Source of the DNA: an uncultured Thermoprotei archaeon
GTDB taxonomy: Archaea > Thermoproteota > Thermoprotei > Thermofilales > B15-G2
Length of the DNA stretch: 64,000 bases
Assembly: GCA_965367815.1 (NCBI GenBank)
Contig: CBDUKN010000016.1
Location: 1-64,000, forward strand
Direction: 5' to 3'
The notes below the pieces were generated by a model that made no database searches, was not told the DNA's origin, and saw nothing but the letters and a program-made list of their open reading frames with translations. A program made the translations under genes and the position numbers. Below, in pieces: positions 1-8,578 of this stretch (within the stretch, counting starts at the first letter, position 1; every line of letters begins with the position of its first letter).

Positions 1-2
1 AG

Positions 3-1196
3 AGCTCAGCTAACATAGACTTTATAGTTAAACCAGAGCAACCTGGCTCCTATACTATAGAGTTCAGAGTGCTTAGCAAGAAATGCGGAGTGCGAATAGA
101 AGATTCAAAAACAGTGAATGTTAATGTCGAAGTATTGAAGCCAGGTCCCTTTAAAGAAGGAGATATTACTCCGACCGAGGTCAGAGAAGGTGAAGAAACA
201 ACGTTCACAGTACTATTTGTTAACAAAGGAAGTGGCACGGCTAAAAATGTTGAAATAAGAGTTGTAGAAGCACAAGGTTTCGACATAATAAAGGGTTCAG
301 ATTCATCGCCAGATATCCCCTCGGGAGCCTATGGACATGCCCAAATAATACTAAAGCCGAGAGAAGGGGGACTTAAGCAAATAAAAGTTAAAGTAACTTA
401 CCGAGACGAGGTAGGCAAATACTATGAAGATACCTTATACTACCAAGTCAAAGTGCTTTCTTATTTAGGTGAAATCTCCGATATAAAACTGCCTAGTACT
501 CTAGTAATACAGAAGGCGTATACTTTAACTGTAGAAGTGCATAATACTGGCGACTTAGACTGCACATATGAAGTGAGAGTATCATCGAATCTTCCCGCAG
601 AAATAATGCCAAAGTCTCAGATAGTTTCAGTATCCAAGGGAAGTAGTGACATAGCGGAATTTACTATTAAGCCTGTGGAGAAAGGTACATTAGTGCTAAA
701 AGTAGAGCTCTATATAAAACACTTGGGGAAAAAAGTAGATTCTAAGACAGTATCAGCCCTAGCTAAAGAAGTATCACTGAAACTACAGGAAGTATCTCAG
801 AGCGAAATATATGTAAATGAAAAAGGATACATCAAAGTAACCCTAAGAAATACTGGAGACTTAGATGTAAACGCATTAATTAAAGTAACTATAGAAGGAA
901 AAACATACGAGGAAACAAAGTATATACCAGCAGGAGAAACGATAGAAGTCTCGATTCCAGTAGTATGCTCCAAAGAGGGAGATATCCCTGTAGAAATACA
1001 AGTATTGGATAAAAACACGGGTCTTATCTTGTGCACGTCAACAGCAGCAATTCATGTAAAATCGAAACTAATCTACTGGATAGCAGGAATCACTGCAGTG
1101 GTAGCAATAGTAATAGTAATCTTAGCGCTAATGTACTATAAAAGGAAAAAGAGCACTACTTTACCTCTCCCTCCTCCTCCACCACCGAGTAGCTAA
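3..1196 (+). CDS. Cell-surface protein with tandem CARDB/NEW3-like Ig domains, C-terminal TM anchor and poly-Pro tail (5' end outside the window)
   Basis: Frame is open from nt 3. Repeated 'V.N.G...A.NV' / 'NTGDLD' Ig-like units, TM helix IYWIAGITAVVAIVIVILALMYY, then KRKK and LPPPPPPSS. Confidence 0.75.
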   Translation, partial: SSANIDFIVKPEQPGSYTIEFRVLSKKCGVRIEDSKTVNVNVEVLKPGPFKEGDITPTEVREGEETTFTVLFVNKGSGTAKNVEIRVVEAQGFDIIKGSDSSPDIPSGAYGHAQIILKPREGGLKQIKVKVTYRDEVGKYYEDTLYYQVKVLSYLGEISDIKLPSTLVIQKAYTLTVEVHNTGDLDCTYEVRVSSNLPAEIMPKSQIVSVSKGSSDIAEFTIKPVEKGTLVLKVELYIKHLGKKVDSKTVSALAKEVSLKLQEVSQSEIYVNEKGYIKVTLRNTGDLDVNALIKVTIEGKTYEETKYIPAGETIEVSIPVVCSKEGDIPVEIQVLDKNTGLILCTSTAAIHVKSKLIYWIAGITAVVAIVIVILALMYYKRKKSTTLPLPPPPPPSS

Positions 1197-1410
1197 TTAT
1201 GTTTTTCTAAACTTTACTACCTAGTTTTTAACTTTTCTCAGCATATTTTGATACTACCACAAAAATCATATAGACTAAAACAAAATCGCTATGAATACTA
1301 GCACTTCAGATTTTTTATAAAGACTCATTCGATTTCTTTTTCTTTAAATCTCGTGTTCAATAATTTCCATAATTTTATAATTATTCTTAGGGAGACAATA
1401 TATTTCAAGC

Positions 1411-2142
1411 TTATTGAAGTTTTCTACAGGCTATTCTCATATATTTTCCTGTAGTCATCCAAAGTCTTTTAGAAGAGCCTTCCTTTACCTGTTTAACAAA
1501 TTTCTCCGCCCACTTCCAGTCTCTCTCGTATATATGGTAGCTATCTGCTATGTGAAGATAGTATCCTGGCTCTACTCCTATACTCTTCGCCACTAAGCGT
1601 TGCAGCTCTGTTAAAGCATACATGTTCATGAAGGCTGCTTTCATAGCATCATTGCTCCTCATATGTACGTGTAGAGCTAGTTTCTCATCGATTACCCTAA
1701 ACCAAAGTCTCTGGACGCATGGCGGCGAATCCGCGTTAATGTCTTTCCAAGGCATCCACGTTATTGCTTGAGCTCTCCTAGAGTAAGGTGTTTTTGAAAG
1801 CTTCTCAACAACGTACTTTATTTGATCAATTACTGTGCCGTCAGGCGTAGTATAATTGAAGAGTCTTTCGTGATAAGTGTAGTGCCAGTCTTTTCCTACT
1901 CTCCAGTCATTTACTCCCTCTAAGACTTCGTCTACATACTCAAAGAGCTGCTTTAGTTTTCCTACGACAACTCCCTTTAAGTGTATTCGCGGCTCAGAGA
2001 AAGGTTTCTCTACTCTAATAGCTATTGGCAAATCTAAGCTATATTCACCGTACTCAGTGTAAATTTTTGAGCCCTTTTCCCAGACAGCTACAATACTTTT
2101 CTCCCAAGCTTCAGGCAGAAACTCGGCTTTAATGAGCTCCAA
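1411..2142 (-). CDS. thyA: Thymidylate synthase (archaeal ThyA)
   Basis: SRRAQAITW, catalytic PPC, HMRSND, AFMN, SYHIY motifs. Confidence 0.9.
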   Translation of the reverse strand: MELIKAEFLPEAWEKSIVAVWEKGSKIYTEYGEYSLDLPIAIRVEKPFSEPRIHLKGVVVGKLKQLFEYVDEVLEGVNDWRVGKDWHYTYHERLFNYTTPDGTVIDQIKYVVEKLSKTPYSRRAQAITWMPWKDINADSPPCVQRLWFRVIDEKLALHVHMRSNDAMKAAFMNMYALTELQRLVAKSIGVEPGYYLHIADSYHIYERDWKWAEKFVKQVKEGSSKRLWMTTGKYMRIACRKLQ

Positions 2143-2255
2143 GCCCCCACTTAATCAACGGTTATTTTTAAGATAAGCTTGCTTAAAATCGAGTAGAAGT
2201 ATTATGAGAATGATATCTAAGTATTGAGAAAAAGCTAATTGCTCAGTGAACAGAG

Positions 2256-4220
2256 TTATTTGACTTGGTCTGTAACGTCTCCTTTGAGCACTAGCCTGAC
2301 TAAAGGAAACTTTCTAATTCTTTTTTCTCTTTTTACTTCAGAGATATCCCAGCCTTCAAGAAAATCGTAGAGTATTCTGCCTTGAGTATGTCGAGGAGGC
2401 AGTATTCCGAGCAAATACGATACAGTGGGAGCTACGTCTACTAGCTGGGCGGGCCCGAGGAAATCTACTGGGCGCTCGTAGCCTTCCTTTACTCCAGGAC
2501 CAGCTATTATCAAGACTCCGTAGTTAGACGAATATTCAGTTTCAGCAGTAGGTATTTGCGGGCCGTGATTTGCTCCGCCAACTGTAATAGAGCCGTCCCA
2601 TACTGAGTCAGCGCCCCAAGTAAAGCCCTGCGAGTACACGAAAACTACGTCGCCTACGTGAGGCCCCCATAAGCCTACTAGTGGAGCATCTTCTCTTTTC
2701 AGCACTAGAGCTACAGCGTACTCGCCATCCTGGTCACGGCACTCTCGCAGAGCCTCAATAACTTTCCTCCGGACTTCCTCGTATTCTTCATCTTCCACAA
2801 CGCCGTCCCTGTATCTACTCTTGAGATTCACGTAGACATTAGTTAAGTCTACGAAGACTTTGCTCTTAGACCAGTCTGGGACAAGCTTGCCGTTTTCTTT
2901 TTTAAGGTAGACAAGACCCTTTTCTGCTAACGCTTTAAGAATAGAGTACTTTTTCCTATTAGGTGAATTACCGTGATCTGACACAACTACGATGTATGTT
3001 CTATCGTCAAGCAAGTCGAGGAAACCACCCACTAATTTATCTGCAAGCCTGTATCCTGTTTCAAGAAGTCTCCACGCTTCCTCTGCTTTCGCGGGATCAT
3101 ATTTTCCTCCATAGGGGTCAGCTAGCCCTAAAACCTGGTGCTGAAGAGTATCGAGAAGGTGCCAGTGTAGGAAATATAGTGAAGCATTGTATTTCTCTAT
3201 GAGGTACTTGGAGGCATTGACAATCCAGTTTATTTGATACTCTATTTCCTCTACCCAAGTCTTTTCATCTATTAGTCCTGAGAAAAACACATGTGTCGCT
3301 ACTTCATTAATATATGGTCCGAATTTCTCGACGAGTTCTTCGGCTAATTCAGGCGGATACGTGAAGCCGCGGACAGGATATACTTGAGACCTATAGAGCC
3401 TTACTCTCGAAGCATCCTCTGATAGCTCTACAAGCTTAAACCTAATAGTCCCTACTTTCTCGCCGTCATCGAGAACAAATTTTTCCTTAATCCAAGGCGA
3501 CCACTCGCCAGGCTTTAACTCAAATAATTTGTCTTTATAGTCTTTGCTCCTCGATACAACACACCTATCGTATTTTCCCTTTTCACCTAGTACTAGCAAA
3601 TAGTATCTTACTGGCTCGCCAGGCCAATTAAGCAGTATTTCCAGCTCTGCTTCAAGAGGCTCAGGACTGCTTTCAGGTAGATGCTTCCAGTCCTTCGCTC
3701 TAGTTAACTCAATTGGCATCAGGTAGCGCGGAGCACGCGTCCCCGGGAGTTCTAGAGGTGGTTCAGGAGGATAATTTGTGTAGACGGCTGCTGAAGCTAA
3801 TTCAAAATAGTATGCTATTGGCGTATAAAACCAGTCTACGTAAATAACGTTTGGGCAAGTAGTAGGATATCCTATAAAGTTAAATAAGATACTAGTTAAA
3901 CCTTGCCTAGAAGCAGCTTCCCACAAGTACTCTGCTTTACACAAGTAGGAAGACATAGCTTCCCTTCCATATTTCTCTGTAACAGGTTCTCCTGGGTCAT
4001 GACGGCCCCACACAGCTATACCGTGTGTTCCAGGCCAGGCACCAGTAGCAATAGTAGTCCAATTCTCGGGAGTCTGAGCAGGTATAGCTGGTAAAGCCTT
4101 CGAGAAAGAACCACGTTCTAAAAGTTTCTTAAAATTAGGGCAAACCCCCTTCTCGGCAAACAATTTAATTAATTTAGGTGAAGCTGCATCGAGACCGAGT
4201 ATAATAGCCCTTTTACTCAC
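2256..4220 (-). CDS. Alkaline phosphatase superfamily protein (nucleotide pyrophosphatase/phosphodiesterase type)
   Basis: GLDAA, TPENWTTIATGAWPGTHG (Thr nucleophile), DTLQH, VSDHG, NHG and DVAPT metal-binding motifs. Confidence 0.85.
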   Translation of the reverse strand: MSKRAIILGLDAASPKLIKLFAEKGVCPNFKKLLERGSFSKALPAIPAQTPENWTTIATGAWPGTHGIAVWGRHDPGEPVTEKYGREAMSSYLCKAEYLWEAASRQGLTSILFNFIGYPTTCPNVIYVDWFYTPIAYYFELASAAVYTNYPPEPPLELPGTRAPRYLMPIELTRAKDWKHLPESSPEPLEAELEILLNWPGEPVRYYLLVLGEKGKYDRCVVSRSKDYKDKLFELKPGEWSPWIKEKFVLDDGEKVGTIRFKLVELSEDASRVRLYRSQVYPVRGFTYPPELAEELVEKFGPYINEVATHVFFSGLIDEKTWVEEIEYQINWIVNASKYLIEKYNASLYFLHWHLLDTLQHQVLGLADPYGGKYDPAKAEEAWRLLETGYRLADKLVGGFLDLLDDRTYIVVVSDHGNSPNRKKYSILKALAEKGLVYLKKENGKLVPDWSKSKVFVDLTNVYVNLKSRYRDGVVEDEEYEEVRRKVIEALRECRDQDGEYAVALVLKREDAPLVGLWGPHVGDVVFVYSQGFTWGADSVWDGSITVGGANHGPQIPTAETEYSSNYGVLIIAGPGVKEGYERPVDFLGPAQLVDVAPTVSYLLGILPPRHTQGRILYDFLEGWDISEVKREKRIRKFPLVRLVLKGDVTDQVK

Positions 4221-4265
4221 ATAGAATAATGTTTTCAGAGTATAAAAGAATAAACTATTTTTCTT

Positions 4266-4409
4266 TCACTGAACAGGCTTTTCTTGAGTAGCTGGTGCAG
4301 GAGGGACAGGTTGAGGAGGCGCTTGAGCGAAAAGTCTGCGGCGTTTTCCGTGTCTATGTCGATGCCTCCATCTCCACCGCCACCTTAATCTTCTAAGCCA
4401 CCTGAACAT
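4266..4409 (-). CDS. Small Arg/Trp/His-rich peptide (47 aa) with Pro/Gln-rich tail
   Basis: ATG at 4409 lies about 25 nt downstream of a TTTATTA TATA-like box (leaderless layout). MFRWLRRLRWRWRWRHRHRHGKRRR...; same strand as the downstream gene. Confidence 0.55.
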   Translation of the reverse strand: MFRWLRRLRWRWRWRHRHRHGKRRRLFAQAPPQPVPPAPATQEKPVQ

Positions 4410-4419
4410 CAAGAGTATA

Positions 4420-4439
4420 TTATGAGCATATGCTAATAA
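4420..4439. promoter_or_regulatory. Near-perfect 20-bp palindromic operator TTATGAGCATATGCTAATAA
   Basis: One mismatched pair; overlaps the promoter of the Arg-rich peptide. Confidence 0.65.
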
Positions 4440-4473
4440 ATTTTCCCTAAGCATGATGCAAAAGAATATATCC

Positions 4474-4493
4474 TATGTACTACGTAGTACATA
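4474..4493. promoter_or_regulatory. Perfect 20-bp palindrome TATGTACTACGTAGTACATA, probable autoregulatory operator of the vapBC locus
   Basis: Lies between a TATA-like GAATATAT and the ATG at 4499 of the AbrB antitoxin. Confidence 0.75.
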
Positions 4494-4498
4494 TAGCT

Positions 4499-4738
4499 AT
4501 GGCTTTCTTAGTGAAAATTACTCGCAAATACCAGATAACAATACCGAAGGAGATTAGAGAGAAACTAAATCTGAGAGTAGGGGATCTTCTGAAAGTAGAG
4601 CTAGAAGACGACAAAATAGTACTGAGACCTTTAATTAAACGCGAAAAAGATCCTCTAGAAGAAATGCTCAATTTAGTAAAAGAGCCCCTAGATATCGATG
4701 CAGTTAAACTAGTAGAGGAGTCATGGAATGAAGATTAA
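4499..4738 (+). CDS. vapB: AbrB/MazE/SpoVT-family antitoxin (VapB)
   Basis: KITRKYQITIPKEIREKLNLRVGD signature; overlaps the PIN gene. True start is probably 4499. Confidence 0.9.
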   Translation: MAFLVKITRKYQITIPKEIREKLNLRVGDLLKVELEDDKIVLRPLIKREKDPLEEMLNLVKEPLDIDAVKLVEESWNED

Positions 4739-5222
4739 AGCATATATTGATACGAATATTTTCATATACGCCATAGTAAAGCACCCGCTCTTAGGCGAAA
4801 CCTGCACCAGAATACTCAGAGACATGAAAAACAAAGTCTACGAAGCCTACGGATCCCACCTAGTAGCAATAGAACTCATGGGAGCTCTCTCAAAAATAAA
4901 TCCCTCTTCAGCTAAAAGAGCTCTAAAACTCTACTTAGCTTTAGACTTAACTATCGTTCCTTTAACAGAAGAAGTTCTCACTTTAGCAGCAACAATAAAT
5001 GAAGTAGTTAATATAAAATACGATGCAGTTCATGCAGCAATAACAATGTTGAACAATATACCAGTAGTAATAACAAATGATAGAGACGACTGGCTTAAAC
5101 TAGCCGAGAACTTCGATAAAGTATTATCTAAAGTATCTGAAGAAGGGTACAGAGTGAGTTTAAAAGATATAAAAATTGTTACTCCAAACCTTTACTTAAT
5201 GTGGCTTTCAAAAACTCTATAG
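4728..5222 (+). CDS. vapC: PIN-domain toxin (VapC)
   Basis: YIDTNIFIY, E, YDAVHAA, ITND PIN acidic residues. Confidence 0.9.
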   Translation: MKIKAYIDTNIFIYAIVKHPLLGETCTRILRDMKNKVYEAYGSHLVAIELMGALSKINPSSAKRALKLYLALDLTIVPLTEEVLTLAATINEVVNIKYDAVHAAITMLNNIPVVITNDRDDWLKLAENFDKVLSKVSEEGYRVSLKDIKIVTPNLYLMWLSKTL

Positions 5223-5400
5223 CTAACTAGTTGCTGAAGAACTGTCTAGTACTTTTAAGCGGTCAAAGAATCTGAATCATTTTTGATTCAAGAATAATTA
5301 AAGTAAAGGAAGTTGAAGAAAAGATTTTTCTGCTTATATTCATATTTTCAGTAATTTTCATTAGGCTTTACTCTTAATCAATAAATATATATTTTAAGGT

Positions 5401-5790
5401 CGAAAAGCAGTATCTCTAGTAATCGCAATAATCTTAATCTTAGTGATCACTATAGCTGTAGCACTAATTTTCTACTTATGGATAGTAGGATATATTAGTT
5501 CAACAAAAGACCTTATCAGGGCTACGGCTTAATTAAAATAGAGGGAATAGAGTACAAAGGAGAGTCTGACGGCTACTGCATTTACTACCTTTGGATAAGG
5601 CACATTGGCGAGTATAAAATCAATGTCACAGAAGTCTATTTCATAGATCCTACTACTGGCACAGTAGTATATAGGACTCAGTGGACTAGAACATGGACAA
5701 TAGAGCCATATACAGTCTACTACCTGTGGATAAGTATACTCAAAGGAGCTATAGAAAGAGGAAATAAATACGTGATAAAAGTTATAGCTT
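5401..5790 (+). pseudogene. Archaeal type IV pilin relic (class III signal peptide), frameshifted, running in frame into the Lrp gene
   Basis: RK/AVSLVIAIILILVITIAVALIFYLWIVGY, frameshift near 5505-5510, then LIKIEGI...LWIRHIGEYKINVTEVYF pilin-like beta domain. No start codon found. Confidence 0.7.
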
Positions 5791-6164
5791 ATGGACCTAG
5801 AGAACTCGGTATAACCGAGGCAGCTGTCCGCAAGCGTATTAAAAAACTTGAAGAAAAGAAAGTTATCTTAGGCTACAGAGCTATTGTCGACTACAAGAAA
5901 CTAAACATGGTTTGCTCATACACAGGCGTAGACGTTGAGCCCGAAGCTCTAATAAAAAACACGATAAAAGAGCTTAAGAAAATCAAGGAAATAGTTTCAC
6001 TTTACTTAACCACAGGAGACCACAATATATTAGCAGAGATAATCTGTAGAAACATAAGTGAACTCGATGAAATACATAATAAAATAGCTAGTCTGCTTGG
6101 CATTAAAAGAATATGTCCTGCAATAGTAACCGAGATAATTGAGCTAAAAGACTTAGAACTATAG
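5772..6164 (+). CDS. Lrp/AsnC-family transcriptional regulator, N-terminally truncated
   Basis: RELGITEAAVRKRIKKLEEKKVILGY HTH recognition helix and YLTTGDHNIL RAM domain; the first HTH helix is missing. Confidence 0.75.
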   Translation: MIKVIAYGPRELGITEAAVRKRIKKLEEKKVILGYRAIVDYKKLNMVCSYTGVDVEPEALIKNTIKELKKIKEIVSLYLTTGDHNILAEIICRNISELDEIHNKIASLLGIKRICPAIVTEIIELKDLEL

Positions 6165-6165
6165 T

Positions 6166-6999
6166 CTAAGAACCACTTTTCTTTAAAACAATAACGGCTA
6201 TTTCCGGTGGAGCAAAAAACCTAATAGGTAGAATACTCGTCCCCAATCCTCTATTAACGTACATGTATGTCCCATTGACTAAGAAAAGTCCATGCACATA
6301 CTTTTTATAGCGAGCTGGCAGAGGCACGAAAAGAGGATCTACAAATGGCACTACTACTTGTCCTCCATGAGTATGTCCAGCCAACACTAAATCCACTTTA
6401 CCAGTAGCTTCTCCTATAATCTGAGGAGAATGTGCTAATAGTATCTTAGTAGAGTTCTGTGGAATATTTTCGAGAGCTTTAGATAAGTTACTTCGACGAG
6501 TATAAGGGTCGTCTACTCCTACAACATACAGTGAACTTTTACCTCTACTTACTACAGCATAATTGTTTACTAAGACAACAACATTTTCAAGGGAACAGAG
6601 TTTGTGCAAAAGAATTTTCGAAGCTCCACTAGAATAATCCCAGTTACCTAAAACAATAAAAACTTTAGCTATTGAGGCAAGCTTTTTAATAAAATCTACA
6701 GCTTCTTCAACACTATGCTTACTAGATACAATATCTCCTGTAAAAACAATAAGATCAGGTTTTATTTCCTTAACTTTACTTAATACAAGGTCGTCTCTTA
6801 GTTTTAAATGAAATTCTCCAAAGTGAGTATCAGATAAGTGAACTATTCTATATCCATTAAAGTCTCCAGGAAGATTCTTTAGCTTTACTTCAACTGCGAC
6901 GACAATTATAGCGAAATTAGGTTCTACTATAAGTGAGTAAAAAGCAAAAAGAATTATAAGTAAGAGCAATAGCACTTTTGTTCTTTTCATAACCAGCAT
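6166..6999 (-). CDS. Metallophosphoesterase (YkuE-like, calcineurin-like)
   Basis: HLSDTH, TGD, GNWD, LAHSP, AGHTHGGQ, NRGLG motifs; N-terminal TM. Confidence 0.9.
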   Translation of the reverse strand: MLVMKRTKVLLLLLIILFAFYSLIVEPNFAIIVVAVEVKLKNLPGDFNGYRIVHLSDTHFGEFHLKLRDDLVLSKVKEIKPDLIVFTGDIVSSKHSVEEAVDFIKKLASIAKVFIVLGNWDYSSGASKILLHKLCSLENVVVLVNNYAVVSRGKSSLYVVGVDDPYTRRSNLSKALENIPQNSTKILLAHSPQIIGEATGKVDLVLAGHTHGGQVVVPFVDPLFVPLPARYKKYVHGLFLVNGTYMYVNRGLGTSILPIRFFAPPEIAVIVLKKSGS

Positions 7000-7017
7000 T
7001 AGCTCGCAGACAAAAAT

Positions 7018-7496
7018 ATGTTTAACTTACTTGAAAGCTTTTTTAGTACTTCGAAATACTACAGTGTGTCTACTAGACTTTATCCAAAATTCGCTATAGC
7101 GGCTGTGGGCGCAGTTGTATTAAAAAACGGCAGAATTCTCTTAATTAAAAGAGGTAAAGAACCTGGAAAAGGCTTATGGAGCATACCGGGAGGAGCAGTA
7201 CAGGCAGGTGAAAGACTAGAGGAAGCTGTTTTAAGGGAACTTTACGAAGAAACAGGGCTCACAGGTAAAGTAGGTGAACTTATTCACATAGAGGAAGCAA
7301 TAATAAGAGAAGACAGTAAAGTAAAGTAACATTACGTTATACTATACTACACAGTAGCAAATATTAGCGGGTACCTTAGAGCATCAGGCGACGTTACTGA
7401 AGTGAGGTGGTTCAGCTTAACTGAAGCAGAGTCCTTGAAAAATATTACTCCAGGTACGAAAAAAGTATTAAGTAAAGTAAAGTGCTTTAAAAACTA
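7018..7496 (+). pseudogene. NUDIX hydrolase interrupted by an in-frame TAA (7327-7329)
   Basis: Nudix box GGAVQAGERLEEAVLRELYEETG. Frame continues K-V-K-*-H-Y-V-I-L...GDVTEVRWF to a stop at 7496. Confidence 0.8.
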
Positions 7497-7632
7497 AGCA
7501 TACTTTAGTAAATTTTATGCTAAAAGTAGAGCAAACAATCGTATTCTTTAATTAGACTTAAGGTAAAGTACACTAACTTTCAATCCTAAAAGAATATATA
7601 CTAGCAGATAATAATGCTAACAGGTGTAAGTT

Positions 7633-8013
7633 ATGGCAGTCCAACCTCCACCACCTCCACCACCACCGAGTCCAAGCAGTGGAGCATCCAGCGAAAGCAG
7701 AGTATTCGGGCTAATAGCATGGTTACTCGGAATAATAGGAGCAATTATTGCTTTAGTACTCAAGCCTAACGATAGATTTGTTAAATTCCATGCCATGCAG
7801 AGTCTAGTATTCTCAATAGGCTTAATCATACTGTACATTATCTTCATAGCTTTAGCACATATTCCCTACATAGGCTTAATTTTCGCTATTCTAACACCTC
7901 TTATAGGGCTATTAGGGCTCATTGTCGCGATCATAGGAGCAATTAAAGCATATCAAGGAGAGTGGTTCAGACTACCAATAGTATACGATATAGCGACAAA
8001 ACTAGGTATTTAA
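7633..8013 (+). CDS. DUF4870-like (Tic20-like) membrane protein with N-terminal poly-Pro
   Basis: DRFVKFHAMQS and AIKAYQGEWFRLP motifs, 3 TM helices. Confidence 0.8.
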   Translation: MAVQPPPPPPPPSPSSGASSESRVFGLIAWLLGIIGAIIALVLKPNDRFVKFHAMQSLVFSIGLIILYIIFIALAHIPYIGLIFAILTPLIGLLGLIVAIIGAIKAYQGEWFRLPIVYDIATKLGI

Positions 8014-8195
8014 GCAATATTTACTATTTAAAATATTTTTTAAAACTATTACTATCTCCTAAAATCAGTTTAAAGGGAATTAAATTATATAAAAATGCTA
8101 GCCTAAATAATCAATAGCAGATCCAATAAATATCTAATGCTCAATATATTTAAAAGTATAGTTAGCTTCACATAAGCGCGAGAGGTCTCTACTTC

Positions 8196-8438
8196 ATGAA
8201 TGCATATAAGAGCTTAAATATTCATTCATGGATGCTTGCTATTGAGTTAAGAAATATCGTCAAAAAGTATGGCAAGACAGTTGCTCTTAAAGGATCATAT
8301 CTTCAAATAAAGTGCGGTGAGATATATGGTCTGCTAGGATTTAATGGAGCTGGCAAAACAATTACTCTAAAGATTCTTGCAGGGCTCCTTACACCTGATG
8401 AGGGAGAAGCCTATGTTATGGGCTACAATGTACAGTAA
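8196..8438 (+). pseudogene. ABC transporter ATP-binding protein fragment
   Basis: Walker A GFNGAGKT, truncated before the signature and Walker B motifs. Confidence 0.75.
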
Positions 8439-8578
8439 TTATCCTAATAGGGCCTCCAATAAAAGGAAATTCCGGATACCAAGTGCTTGTAGATGTCAGA
8501 AGACTTTCTTATATTGAAGAAGTTCACATTTTTCGACAGAGATATGCTTAAAAATGCACTTATTAATTACAATGACAG

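Noticed and set aside
7327-7329. Stop-codon recoding (alternative genetic code, Sec or Pyl)
   Set aside because: The internal stops seen are TAA/TAG in decaying genes; all three stop codons terminate normal genes, and no SECIS or pyl genes were seen.
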